A stretch of DNA of 64,000 nucleotides from Octopus vulgaris (taxonomy: Eukaryota), in assembly GCA_951406725.2 (NCBI GenBank), contig OX597831.1:1798001-1862000 (forward strand). Reading direction: 5' to 3'. A program made the translations under genes and the position numbers. The notes below the pieces were generated by a model. It ran no database searches. It had not been told where the DNA came from and saw only the letters and a list, made by a program, of their open reading frames with translations. Positions 49,381 through 61,903 of the stretch are shown piece by piece (within the stretch, counting starts at the first letter, position 1; the number at the start of each line of letters is the position of its first letter).

Positions 49381-49495
49381 TTGTTTTGTTTAATGCTATA
49401 TTGTTTAATGTTGAGACTAGCCTGGTCTGACCTCTCACACCTATCCTGCAATGTAATTTCTACATATAAACAATAACATCCTCAAAATCTTGAGA

Positions 49496-49727
49496 AGGCG
49501 GCGAGCTGGCAGAAACGGTAGCACGCCGGGCGAAATGCGTAGCCGTATTTCGTCTGCCGTTACGTTCTGAGTTCAAATTCCGCCGAGGTTGACTTTGCCT
49601 TTCATCCTTTCAGGGTCGATAAATTAAGTACCAGTTACGCACTGGGGTCGATATAATCGACTGAATACCTTTGTCTGTCCTTGTTTGTCCCCTCTGTGTT
49701 TAGCCCCTTGTGGGTAGTAAAGAAATA
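49496..49727 (+). mobile_element. SINE family A
   Basis: Full-length match. Confidence 0.85.
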
Positions 49728-49936
49728 TATATTGAAATATTGAATGGTGGGTAACAAAGAGTTTGTCTGTAAAACATAGGGTTGGGCTGCATGATTTTTC
49801 GAAAACCATACAAGAGTTTCACAATAAAATAAGTCTGAGAGTCACTGGTATAGATGTATGCATTGAGCACTCTGTCATTTCCTCTGTTGTAAACACTATG
49901 TAGCCTGTGTTTAAGTATTTGTCATGTTTTTTGTAG

Positions 49937-50006
49937 GCCAAAGATCACATCACTGAACTTTAAGAATAAGAAACTAATCCTTGTTGTTGTGGAAGATGAT
50001 GACAAG
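49937..50006 (+). CDS. EPB41L5: FERM gene exon: (W)PKITSLNFKNKKLILVVVEDDDK
   Basis: gttttttgtag| acceptor, |gtaagt donor, 70 nt, phase 2 to 0. Confidence 0.95.
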
Positions 50007-50115
50007 GTAAGTTTCCTTTTGGTTTTTGTATTTTTCTACAATCCCTTTAAGATGGTAGGGTGTAACTTGAGGGACACTTAGCTGCTATTTCTAGCAAGTC
50101 AGGTGGATCACATAG

Positions 50116-50221
<106 letters not shown>

Positions 50222-50564
50222 AGGCCATACAATAATACCGTGGAAGGTTTTGTTGATTAAATCATTCCTAGCATATGGCTGATACTTATGTTATAGCTGC
50301 TTAGAAGGTAAAAGGCTAAGTGCTAAGTGAGCCCCAGCAAGATTTGAACTCAGAATGTTGAAGAACAAAGCTAAATAAAATTTAAGAAAAACAAACTCAA
50401 ATCACTGAGCAAAATTACTCACAGACTCCATCTACATAGAAAAGTAGTAGTTGAGTGTCAACATATTCAAGCATTTTGGCATGGTTATTTCATCATCGCT
50501 TGGCAAAAATGGTAACGTCTAAGCCTCCCTGATGATATCTTATAAGACAGAAACATGATCAGTT

Positions 50565-51352
50565 TTTAAGGCAGTGAGCTGGCAGAAACATTAGCATGCT
50601 GGGCGAAATGCTTAGCGGTATTTCGTCTGCCACTACGTTCTGAGTTCAAATTCCGCGATGGCCGACTTTGCCTTTCGTCCTTTCGGGGTCGATAAAATAA
50701 GTACCAGTTACGCACTGGGGTCGATATAATCGACTTAATCCATTTGTCTGTCCTTGTTTGTCCTCCCTGTGTTTAGCCCCTTGTGGGTAGTAAAGAAATA
50801 GGTATTTCGTCTGTCACTACGTTCTGAGTTCAAATTCCACCGAGGCCGACTTTACACTTCATCCTTTCGGGGTCGATTAAATAAGTACCAGTTACGCACT
50901 GGGGTCATTATAATCGACTTAATCCATTTGTCTGTCCTTGTTTGTCCTCCCTGTGTTTAGCCCCTTGTGGGTAGTAAAGAAATAGGTATTTCATCTACCA
51001 CTACATTCTGAGTTCAAATTCCGCCAAAGCCAACTTTGCCTTTCATCCTTTCGGGGTCAATGAAATAAGTACCAGTTATGCACTGGGGTCGATATAATCA
51101 GCTTAATCTGTTTGTCTGTCCTTGTTTGTTCTCTCTGTGTTTAGCCCCTTGTGGGTAGTAAAGAAATAGGTATTTCATCTGCCACTATGTTCTGAGTTCA
51201 AATTCCGCCAAAGCCGACTTTGCCCTTCATCCTTTCGGGGTTGATAAATTAAGTACCAGTTATGCACTGGAGTCAATATAATCGACTTAATCTGTTTGTC
51301 TGTCCTTGTTTGTCCCCTCTATGTTTAGCCCCTTGTGGGCAGTAAAGAAATA
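50565..51352 (+). mobile_element. SINE family A tetramer (184-bp period) inside a single TSD
   Basis: ggtatttc at 50617, 50801, 50985 and 51169. TSD agaaacatgatcagtt at 50549-50564 and 51353-51368. Confidence 0.92.
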
Positions 51353-51562
51353 AGAAACATGATCAGTTATCTCTCATATGTATCAATATGATTGAAATAA
51401 TTTCCATTTTGAACTATTGTCCTTTTTTCAATGCATAATTATTTTCACTTACTTTTCCATTGCTGCCTTTTGTTAAATATTTTAACATTAACTTAAATAC
51501 CCTTCTGAACAACATTTTTGTCATTTCCTGTCACTCCACTGTCCAAAATTTCAGTAATGGTG

Positions 51563-51593
<31 letters not shown>

Positions 51594-52371
51594 TGATGAT
51601 TCCTAATATTGGCAGAAAGCCAAAAATGTTGAAGGACAATACAGTCAATTAAGTTTGTATTCACATTTGATTGCTTCTTATGTTATCAATCTCAGGCCAG
51701 ATTTGAAGTTTTAGCATAGTGAGTCACAACTAAATCCTGTTAGGCATTTAGCCTGGCACTTGGCCATGTCAGCCACATTAACACATACAGTTTAACGATG
51801 ATTATAATTAGTATTAATATTGTTATTAATTATAAACTAGATATGAATCAATTAATTTGTAGCTAATCTATCTGATTATGAGTCATTATTATTGTTGTAG
51901 TTATTATTATTGTTATTATTATTATTATTAAAACAAACTAACAGAATTGTTAGAGCACCAGGTAAAATGCTGAGCTGCATTTCTTGCTGTTCTTTACATT
52001 TTGAGTTCAAATTCCACCGAGGTCAACTTTGCCTTTCGTCTCTCTGGGCCAATGAAATAATTACCAGTTGAGCACTGGGGTTGATGTTATCAACTAACCC
52101 CTCCCCCAACATTTCAGGCCTTGTACCTATAGTAAAAAGGATTATTGTTGTTTTTTGCAAACTGGCAGAATCATAAGAGTGTAAGACAAAATACTTAGTG
52201 GTATTTCTTCTGATTCTCTACGTTCTGAGTTCAAATTCCAACAAGGTTGGCTACCTTTCATCATTTCAAGGTCAGTAAAATTAAGTACATGTTAAGTACT
52301 GAGATTGATGTAATTGACTTGTTCCCTCTTTTCAAAATTACTAGTGTTGTGCCAAAATTAGGAAAGAATTT

Positions 52372-52840
52372 CATCATCATCATCATCATCATCATTTAAC
52401 GTCCGCTTTCCATGCAAGAATGGGTTGGACGATTTGACTGAGGACTGGCAAACCAGATGGCTGCACCAGGCTCTAGTCTGATCTGGCAGAGTTTCTACAG
52501 ATGGATGCCCTTCCTAATGCCAACCACTCCGAGAGTGTAGTAGGTGCTTTTACGTGCCACCGGCACGAGGGCCAGTCTGGTGGTACTGGCAACGGCCACA
52601 CTCAAATGGTGTTTTTTACATGCCACCTGCACAGGAGTAAGTCCAGCAGAACTAGCAACGACCTCGCACAAATGTTTTGTTCACGTCCCACCGGCACAAG
52701 TGCCAGTAAGGCAACGCTGGTAATGATCATGCTCAAATGGTGCTTTTTACATGACACCAGCACAGAAGTCAGACAGCTGCTCTGGCAGTGATCCCGCTTG
52801 GATGGAGCTGTTAGTGCTCCATTGGCACAGGTGCCACTCA
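52372..52840 (-). mobile_element. Retroposon family C (antisense) with a diverged 5' array
   Basis: (CAT)n, then the reverse-complement core, then repeated gtgcttttacgtgccaccggcac units. Confidence 0.85.
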
Positions 52841-53205
52841 TCGAATTTATTATTATTATTTAAATTAACCTTTTGAATCTTTCTGATGTTAACTTTACTT
52901 TTTATCCCTTCAAGATTGATAAGCTAAAGTATCGGTAAAATACTGGGATCAATGGTATTAACTAATAAAGTACCAGGCTTTATTTGGTTCCAACTCTTTA
53001 CATTTTAAGTTCAAGTTCCATCCAGGTCAGCTTTACTTTTCATTTCTCTCTGAGTTGATGAAATAAAATACCAGTCAAAAACTGGGATTGATGGCATTGA
53101 CCAATCCACTCTCTTCAAAAGTGCTGGCCTTGTTACTGGAAGGATGCTGGACTGTCAGAATCACTAGAACCAGTACCAAGCTAATTCACCACCACTATAT
53201 ATGTT

Positions 53206-53246
<41 letters not shown>

Positions 53247-53310
53247 TACATGCATGCATACATACATAATCACCTTCTCTTTTTGTCTCTTCCACTTGTG
53301 ACCACGACAG

Positions 53311-53480
53311 GGCAATGAACAGGAACACACCTTCTTGTTTCGCCTGCAAGACCGCAAAGCATGTAAGCATCTATGGAAGTGTGCGGTGGAACATCATGCT
53401 TTCTTCCGACTGAAGAAACCCCTAAAAGGAGCCAATGCAAGGCAGAACTTCTTTAGAATGGGATCACGTTTTCGATACAG
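53311..53480 (+). CDS. EPB41L5: FERM gene exon (FERM-C end, FA start): [56 protein letters not shown](S)
   Basis: cacgacag| acceptor, |gtcagt donor, 170 nt, phase 0 to 2. Contains the [14 protein letters not shown] hallmark. Confidence 0.97.
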
Positions 53481-54496
53481 GTCAGTATCAGTTTTTCCTT
53501 TATTCCTTTATGTGTTCCAGCCCAAATGCTGTGGCTATGCTGGAATTTAAATTTTCATTCAGAATTAAAGAAAAAAATAACTTTTCAAACTGAAATTCAC
53601 AAGTGTCATGTAGAGCAAGTTAACCCTTCCTGTTATTTAGGAACTATCATCAAATATACACTACTATTCGTTCATTGAAATTATGTTTGTTTGTTTTTTT
53701 TTTTGGGGGGGGGGTCATGCTAGTATGAGTTAGACAAATACATATTATTGAGTCACTGCTTTATAGTCAGATGCTCTTCCGGAGCTACTGGAAGATTTAT
53801 TGATTGGGAAATGTCAGAAATATCACTGTCCATAGCTCAAGACATGAGGAATGTAAGTACTCACACAGATCCACTTGCATGCCCCCCCCACACACACACA
53901 CACAAATACAGGGTTTTGTACAAATTGTCTCCAAATTCACTCACAAGGCATAGTTGGCTCTGGGAGTATAACAAAATACCCTTCTCCAAGGTGCTGCACT
54001 GTGGAACTGGACCCAAAACTACATGGTTACAAAGTTAACTTCCTAACTACACAACTATGCCTTTGATGTATCTCAGGAAATATCAACTCATATTCATCTT
54101 ATCTATGTTGCCTTTAGGAAACTATTTAAAAGACTTTTCCATTATGATGGAATTAAGGCATGTACTACAGTGATGATTTACAAAGTAATGGTTTTCAAAA
54201 CCAAGTTTCATCTCTTTTGCAGATGTGAAGCATCCTATCTTTTAATTAGCGACACACTGAGCAGCAGTGATTAAAATAAACTCGTGTATACTTATATTTA
54301 ACACATGTGTGTACATTCAAATGTAAAACCGTTTTGCTGTGGAGATTGTTTCTGCTGATGTCATCCATAGCCCAGTTTGGTGTTTTCACACATACTGTCT
54401 TCTTGGGAAAATTTCTCTCTCAAAATAGTTTCCACTTCTCTCAAAATAGTCTTTCCACATTTGAGTGTACACATATGTGTTAAACATAAATATACA

Positions 54497-54891
54497 CAGG
54501 CGCAGGAGTGGCTGTGTGGTAAGTAGCTTGCTAACCAACCACATGGTTGCGGGTTCAGTCCCACTGCGTGGCATCTTGGGCAAGTGTCTTCTGCTATAGC
54601 CCCGGGCCGACCAATGCCTTGTGAGTGGATTTGGTAGACGGAAACTGAAAGAAGCCTGTCGTATATATGTATATATATATATGTGTTTGTGTGTCTGTGT
54701 TTGTCCCCCTAGCATTGCTTGACAACCGATGCTGGTGTGTTTACGTTCCCGTCACTTAGCGGTTCGGCAAAAGAGACCGATAGAATAAGTACTGGGCTTA
54801 CAAAGAATAAGTCCCGGGGTCGATTTACTCGACTAAAGGCGGTGCTCCAGCATGGCCGCAGTCAAATGACTGGAACAAGTAAAAGAGTAAA
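54497..54891 (+). mobile_element. SINE family B
   Basis: Full-length match. Confidence 0.85.
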
Positions 54892-55088
54892 AGGTGGTGT
54901 TTGATTTGAAGGAGGTTTCATTGTTATTTCTTGCAAAACAAGTAACTGCTTAGTAACTCTTATTAGCATAGAATTGATGTTATTAATAATAATAACATTG
55001 AAATTGTGTATACAAGTAATAATAATGATGGTTACTCCATCAGAATCAGAATCAAAATCGATCAATGGAAATTGCAGCTGAGTTACTA

Positions 55089-55475
55089 GTGCCGGTGGCA
55101 CGTAAGAGAACCATCCGAACGTGGCTGTTGCCAGCACCGCCCCGACTGGCCTCGTGCCGGTGACACGTAAAAAGCACCATCCGTTCGTGGCCGTTGCCAG
55201 CCCCGCCTGGCCCCCGTGCCGGTGGCACATAAAAATCACCATCCGATCGTGGCCGTTTGCCAGACTCGTCTGGCACGTAAAGAGCACCCACTACACTCAT
55301 GGAGTGGTTGGCGTTAGGAAGGGCATCCAGCTGTAGAAACACTGCCAGATCTGACTGGCCTGGTGCAGCCTTCGGGCTCCCCAGACCCCAGTTGAACCGT
55401 CCAACCCATGCTAGCATGGAAAGCGGACGCTAAACAATGATGATGATAATGATGATGATGATGATGATGATGATG
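55089..55475 (+). mobile_element. Retroposon family C with three diverged 5' units
   Basis: gtgccggtggcacgtaa.a.gcaccatccg units, core and (GAT)n tail. Confidence 0.85.
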
Positions 55476-55749
55476 ACTCCCATGGATTTCAAAATGAGTG
55501 TTTGAAGGAGAGAATTTAAAAACAAAAAAAAAGACAAAGAAAAATCGACCTTAAGAATAAAAGAAACTGTATATTGTGATAGATGCGTTAATGTAATTTG
55601 AGTCCAGGTATGGACTTTGCTATGAAATCACACTGGGGACTCTGGTGATTTTGATTTTGCCTGGGATTGGTCAAAAGTGTCGATTGCAGGATATAATTCT
55701 CTTATTGTTTCTTCAACTCAAACTGTTTTGATGCATCATGACACATTTT

Positions 55750-55799
55750 ACATATATACACATACATACATATATACACATATATGCATATACATATAT

Positions 55800-55844
<45 letters not shown>

Positions 55845-55964
55845 CTTATATGCACATATATACATATATATACGCACATATATACATATATATACATACA
55901 TATGTATATATATATATATATATACCCACACACACACATATATGCACATACATACATATATACA

Positions 55965-56034
<70 letters not shown>

Positions 56035-56052
56035 TATATATACAAATATATA
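55750..56052. repeat. Compound (TA)n/(CA)n microsatellite
   Basis: Directly visible. Confidence 0.95.
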
Positions 56053-56399
56053 AAAAGACAACACTCATCATTATATTAGATTATACATATATTTTAACAC
56101 TTTACAGTATACCTACATATATACATAATTCTATGCATCGATCTAAAACAACAGGATTACTAAAGGAAGACTGGAATTCAAGAGAAGAGAAAACCAAGAG
56201 GTTTTATGATTTTCATTGAAGGATTTTATTTCAGATATTCTCATTTTAAAAATCATCTCCGGATAATTGTTGAGAGGACGTTGGTGTTGCGTTGGCAGAG
56301 GTTTGTATTCTCTGAGTAACTCTTGTTATTATTATTATCATTATTATTATTATTTCTTTCCTCTGATTACTCATTGTTTACTTCTTGTCCTATTAACAG

Positions 56400-56552
56400 T
56401 GGCTACACAGAATACCAGACGGCTGCCATCAATCGAGCTCGACGTGGTGTCAAGTTCGAGAGGAGAGCAAGTCAAAGGTACTCAAGACGGCCAACATTTG
56501 AGAGACAGGAGAAGGAAGAGGAGATGCTACGACGTAATGCCGAGTCTAGAAA
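56400..56552 (+). CDS. EPB41L5: FERM gene exon (FA domain): (S)GYTEYQTAAINRARRGVKFERRASQRYSRRPTFERQEKEEEMLRRNAESR(K)
   Basis: ctattaacag| acceptor, |gtacgt donor, 153 nt, phase 2 to 2. Confidence 0.92.
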
Positions 56553-57513
56553 GTACGTAATATTGAAACTACAGCAGTTGTTTATTTGTATTTTGATTTT
56601 TACCACTTAATCAAGGACAGGATGAGAGTTTATTTTTTTCTGTGGAGCTTCCAAGGTCAATGAGAAGAAGGGAGCAAATTATCCTTAAACCAGTGACCTG
56701 CCTGCAAATGCTTGCTACAAATTGGACTTCTCTAAAATACCTGAGGACCAGGGTGTAGTGTTAAACCAGGCAGCAGATAAATCCACCATGTTATGGATTC
56801 AGACTGTAATACCACAAAATACCTTGTCTGATGTTCTAACAGTTCCACCAATCTACTGCCATGGACTGATACTATATTTTTAGACCCCTAAATGATGAAA
56901 GACAAAGTTGACCTCTGGGATTTGAACTCAGAACACAGAATACTAGAACCAAAACTGCAAAGCATTTTACCTTATGCTCTAACGACTCTGCTAGTTCTCC
57001 ACCTGCTACTGCTGTTGGTGTTGTTTAACCCTTGGTCAGCCTTTGTCAAGTGGACATAAGAGCTAGTCTTTTTTTATTTTCTTCAAGCGTCTTGGCACAT
57101 GCATGGCTGTGTGGTAAGAAATGTGCTTCCTAACCACATGGTTCTGGATTCAATTCTCCTGGGTGACACCTTGGGCAAGTGTCTTCTACTCTAGGCCTGG
57201 GCAACAGGAAGGACATCCATATGTAGAAAATCTGCCTCAAAAAAATTTCATCCGACCCATTGCAAGCATGGAAAAGTGGACATTCAATCAATGATTCTTC
57301 TGATGATATTGTACCTAGAACGACATTATCCATTATGGCCTTCCTTTCTTTTTTAGTTTTAAGATGATAGAGTGCGTGGTGTAGGTGATTTGGTCACTAT
57401 TTTTAGCGAATTGAGCAGCCATGTAAAACAGGCTAGAGTAACTTTTTTCAAGAAGTATGACTCATCATCAGGCAGGCTTTATCACTAAAAAAATTCAAGG
57501 TAATTTTTCACAC

Positions 57514-57900
57514 AGGAGTGGCTGTGTGGTAAGTAGCTTGTTTACTAACCACATGGTTCCGGGTTCAGTCCCACTGCGTGGCACCTTGGGCAAGTGTCTT
57601 CTACTATAGCCTCGGGCTGACCAAAGCCTTGTGAGTGGATTTGGTAGACGGAAACTGAAAGAAGCCTGTCATATATATATATATGCGTGTTTGTGTGTCT
57701 GTGTTTGTCCCCCTAGCATTGCTTGACAACCAATGCTGGTGTGTTTTTGTCCCCGTTACTTAGCGGTTCAGCAAAAGAGACCGATAGAATAAGTACTGGG
57801 CTTACAAAAGAATAAGTCCCAGGGTCGAGTTTGCTCGATTAAAGGCGTTGCTCCAGCATGGCCGCAGTCAAATGGCTGAAACAAGTAAAAGAGTAAAAGA
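57514..57900 (+). mobile_element. SINE family B
   Basis: Full-length match. Confidence 0.85.
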
Positions 57901-58199
57901 GAGAGACAGAGTATTAGGTGTATTAATTACTTGTTAATTAATTATGTAGGGTTTCTGCTAATTTGAGTCGTTAGATTTTGGCAAGTATTTATTGCAGTTT
58001 GCAGTTATTTACAAAATAGTAGGCCTCACAGAGGAGATAACAAGGGACCAAGACTACTGGCAGTTTGCTGTGCTTGAGAAGACAAGCCAAGCTGAGTAAA
58101 ATCATAGCTTTCCATACATACAGGTATGGCTTCAACATCCCTCACTAAGTTAAGAGATCCTAGTGTTTTTATTTTTTTGGAAATTGTAGTTAAGATACC

Positions 58200-58514
58200 C
58201 GTGCCGGTGACATGTAAAAAGCATCGTCCGAATGTGGCTGATGCCAGCGCTGCCTGACTGGCATCCGTGTTGGTGACACATAAAAAGCACCAACCGATCA
58301 TGGCCGTTTGCCAGCCTTCTTTGGCCCCTATGCCGGTGGCACGTAAAAAGCATCCACTACACTCACGGAGTGCTTGGCGTTAGGAAGGGCATCCAGCTGT
58401 AGAAACACTGCCAGATCATTCTGGAGCCTGGTGCAGCCTCCTGGTTTCCCAGACCCCGGTCGAACCATCCAACCCATGCTAGCATGGAAAACGGATGTTA
58501 AATGATGATGATGA
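58200..58514 (+). mobile_element. Retroposon family C
   Basis: Two 5' units, core and (GAT)n tail. Confidence 0.85.
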
Positions 58515-59315
58515 TATTTCTCAAATTTGGGTCAGTTTGTCTTCATGACCTGTTCTGTCAATCCCACTCGATGAACCCACCTTTGGTCTCAATAACAATC
58601 TCCAGGAGACCTTAGAATCAACAACAGGCCTTCATCACTATCACCTGTTTTAGGCTCTTGAAGGCCATGGTAATCCTGGTGCATTCCTCACTCAGCTGAG
58701 AGAGCTTAGTCTTGTGGGCTCATGGGTGCTGGTGCCACATAAAAGCATTCAGTACACCCTGTTAAGTGGTTGGTGTTAGGAAGGGCATCCAGCCATAGAA
58801 ACCACACCAAAATAGATTACTAGAGCCCAGGCAGCTCTCCAGCTGGCCAATTCCTGTCAAACCAGCATGGAGAACAGGCGTTAAATGACGATGTTGACTT
58901 GTCCATTGAGATGTTGTGTGTCTTGACCAAGGTTACATTATATGCCCCTGGGAATGTGGTCATAGCTATTGATATCATCTTGGAATTTTAATACCACCAT
59001 CAACACTATTAATTTGGACATCTGTAACTCTTGGGTGGTAATGATGGAGGTGGCTGAAGTGAGGATGAGGAAATTGGCAGTGATGGCAGTGGTGTTAATG
59101 GTTATGGTGGCGATGATGACAATGATGATGGAGGGGGTTTCATGATATGTATTCAAGAATTATGCTTACAACAGCCTTTACTACAGAAGGAAATCAAAGA
59201 CATTACTGACATCTTTAACAATGAAACAATGTTATGAAGTTTAATAAATTCATGCATCATAACAAAAATAAGAATATACATAAAACAGAATTTCAATAGA
59301 TCGCGAATTTCAATT

Positions 59316-59542
59316 GGTGGTGAGCTGGCAGAATCGTTAGCATGCTGGGTGAAATGCTTAACGGTATTTCGTCTGCCACTATGTTCTGAGTTCAAATTCC
59401 GCCGAGGTTGACTTTGCCTTTCATCCTTTCGGGGTCGATAAATTAAATACCAGTTACGCACTGGGGTCAATATAATCTACTTAATCTCTTTGTCCTTGTT
59501 TGTCCACTCTATGTTTAGCCCCTTGTGGGCAATAAAGAAATA
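59316..59542 (+). mobile_element. SINE family A
   Basis: TSD agaatttcaatagatc. Confidence 0.85.
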
Positions 59543-59947
59543 AGAATTTCAATAGATCCCATTAGTAAATATCAGGGATTTTTACCTATGGACCACTTTG
59601 ATTATTATTTTACTCTACTGGACTCTCATAGCCTTTTGATGTTTAAAAAAATTCAATTATATTTTTATAATCAAATATTATTGGGAATTGTATAAAAATT
59701 TGTTAGAATATTTTGTGTTTTGTAGAAATATGACCCATTTATTGTACATTAAATTTTAAAAACTAGTTTATATGAATGAACATGCACACACATATACACA
59801 CATACACATATTCTTGCATCAATCACCAAAGGAAACAAAAAGAGTCAGCCTTCTAAATTCTTTATTTTTCTACAATTCGCTTGCTTTTTCTATTCAATAT
59901 TTTTATTAATTCCTTTTTTTTTTCTCTCTGTCACTCCATCTTTTCAG

Positions 59948-60330
59948 ACAAGTACAGAGAGGACAAGACTTTGATGGTGAGACCAGGACAAAAGGAAGCC
60001 AAGAATCTCTGCTTGATTCATCTTCTCACTCAATGGTGACAACATTGACACAATCCCCAAAACAGAGACCTGCTAGTAAGGTCACCAATTCCAAAAGTTC
60101 TAACATCAGTAATGGTAACGTTGCAACCACAGTCACAGCTGACCGGCTGTCACCTGCTCCGGCCTCTGCTTTAGAACGTCTCGACTCCCTTATAAAAGGG
60201 GTCCCACCTACTAACTCTTGTCATCCACCTAAAGAGGATATCTCCCCTCCTCCCACTGCTAAAGTTACTATGAAGAAAAAACCACAAATGCCAGAATACA
60301 CTGAAGAAAAACCTGAAGTCTCATTACGAG
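59948..60330 (+). CDS. EPB41L5: FERM gene exon, low-complexity S/T/P-rich linker: (K)QVQRGQDFDGETRTKGSQESLLDSSSHSMVTT...EEKPEVSLR(D)
   Basis: Long pyrimidine tract + ttttcag| acceptor, |gtgaga donor, 383 nt open frame, phase 2 to 1, matching both neighbours. Confidence 0.85.
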
Positions 60331-60931
60331 GTGAGAATTGGTTTTGCAAATTTTTTTGTTTTTGATAATCCATTATTGTCTTCCTCCTCCTTTTCTCTTT
60401 CTTCACTTTTTTTCTTTTTTCTTCTGTTTCTTCTCTGCCCCCTCTTCCATCTTTTTTTGCCTTTTCCCTTCTTTCTCGTCTTTCTTTTTCTTTCATTCAT
60501 TTTTCTTTCTTTCATTCTTCTCTTTTCTTTTTTCTTTCCCTCCTCACTTCTTTTCCTCTTCTTCACTCTTCCTTTTCTCCCTCTGCCTCTTCTTTCTTCC
60601 CCTCCTCCAACTGTTACCATATCTTTTTTGTTATTGTCAGATAACAGTGTATTTAGGACTACATTATCTAATTTGTCATTCCTTTATCTTAAGACCATAA
60701 AGGTGTGATTTAATGGCGATTGAGCTATTATTTTTAGCACATCAAGCATCTGTGCAGAAGCTCTCATCTTGAACCATGGTTAGTGATAGTTGTTATTCTT
60801 GTTTAACCCCAGGCTGGTCCTAACTAGCCCCATTATATCAAGGTCACCTTAACCACATTACAAGCCCCCAGGAAAATCAAATGCACTTGGCTCTACAGTG
60901 TTTATTTATTGACAGCAAGCCACAGCATACA

Positions 60932-61141
60932 CTGGCAGAAACGTTAGCACACCAGGCGGTATTTCATCTGCTGTTACGTTCTGAGTTCAAATTCCACTAA
61001 GGTCGACTTTGCCTTTCATCCTTTCGGGGTTGATAAATTAAGTACCAGTTACATATTGGCATCGATGTAATCGACTTAATCCTTTTGTTTGTCCTTGTTT
61101 GTCCCCTCCGTGTTTAGCCCCTTGTGGGCAATAAAGAAATA
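60932..61141 (+). mobile_element. SINE family A with a short deletion in the head
   Basis: caggcggtatttc lacks the aaatgcttagcg segment. Confidence 0.8.
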
Positions 61142-61903
61142 AGATTGGTCCCTTAGACTTCCAAGGGCATCAGGCAACTGCCCAGTGTCCCCATATCTTA
61201 AGATGACATTGCATTGAATTCTCTGTTTTGATTAGATATGGTGTATCCAAGGTGAAGGTGTGTGGTTAAGTGATCAGGGCATTTAGGCTCAAAATTGTAA
61301 GGTCTTGAGTTTGATGCCTGGTGGTATGTGGGGATCTTTGTGGTTTTCATCACTGTCTACAATTTTGTTCCAATTGTCTTCAGATTTGGTATATTGATTA
61401 AGTTTTGTATGCTAATTATGAAAAGGAAATTCATTTTCCCTATAAATCCATAATTAAAAAGTTATTAGCCTTTACAATTTGCAAAATTTGGGGAATTTTA
61501 ACCAATCAGAAGCAAGTATTTTACATGTCACCATGGCGAAAATTTCCATTTCCATGGCAACCAAAGCAAAGAAGCACCATGTGTTGCATAGCTGATTGCG
61601 AGGAACTGTTTCCATAGAAACCAAAGATGCTATGCATGTGCACAAGGAGGAGAGGGAGATATGAGAAAGATGATTTATTTTCTAAAATCCTAGTTTAATG
61701 TTTTGACATGCTGATGCCCCCCTCCCCGCTGGTGATGGAAGAGACAGCAAACATGCTGTTTTCTGATTGGCTGAAAATTCTGAAAATTACCAAATTTTAA
61801 ATACCTGTAACATTTTTGCAAATCTTTTTTTAGAATAAATGAATAACAAATTCGGATTCATTGTCAAAAATTACATCTTTATGATAATAATAATAATAAT
61901 AAA

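Noticed and set aside
55089-55290. HDV-like ribozyme in family C units
   Set aside because: I could not thread the nested double pseudoknot (P1, P1.1, P2, P3) consistently across units.
60221-60708. K/R/E-rich and F/L/S-rich ORFs
   Set aside because: Translations of the pyrimidine-rich tract after the 60330 donor.
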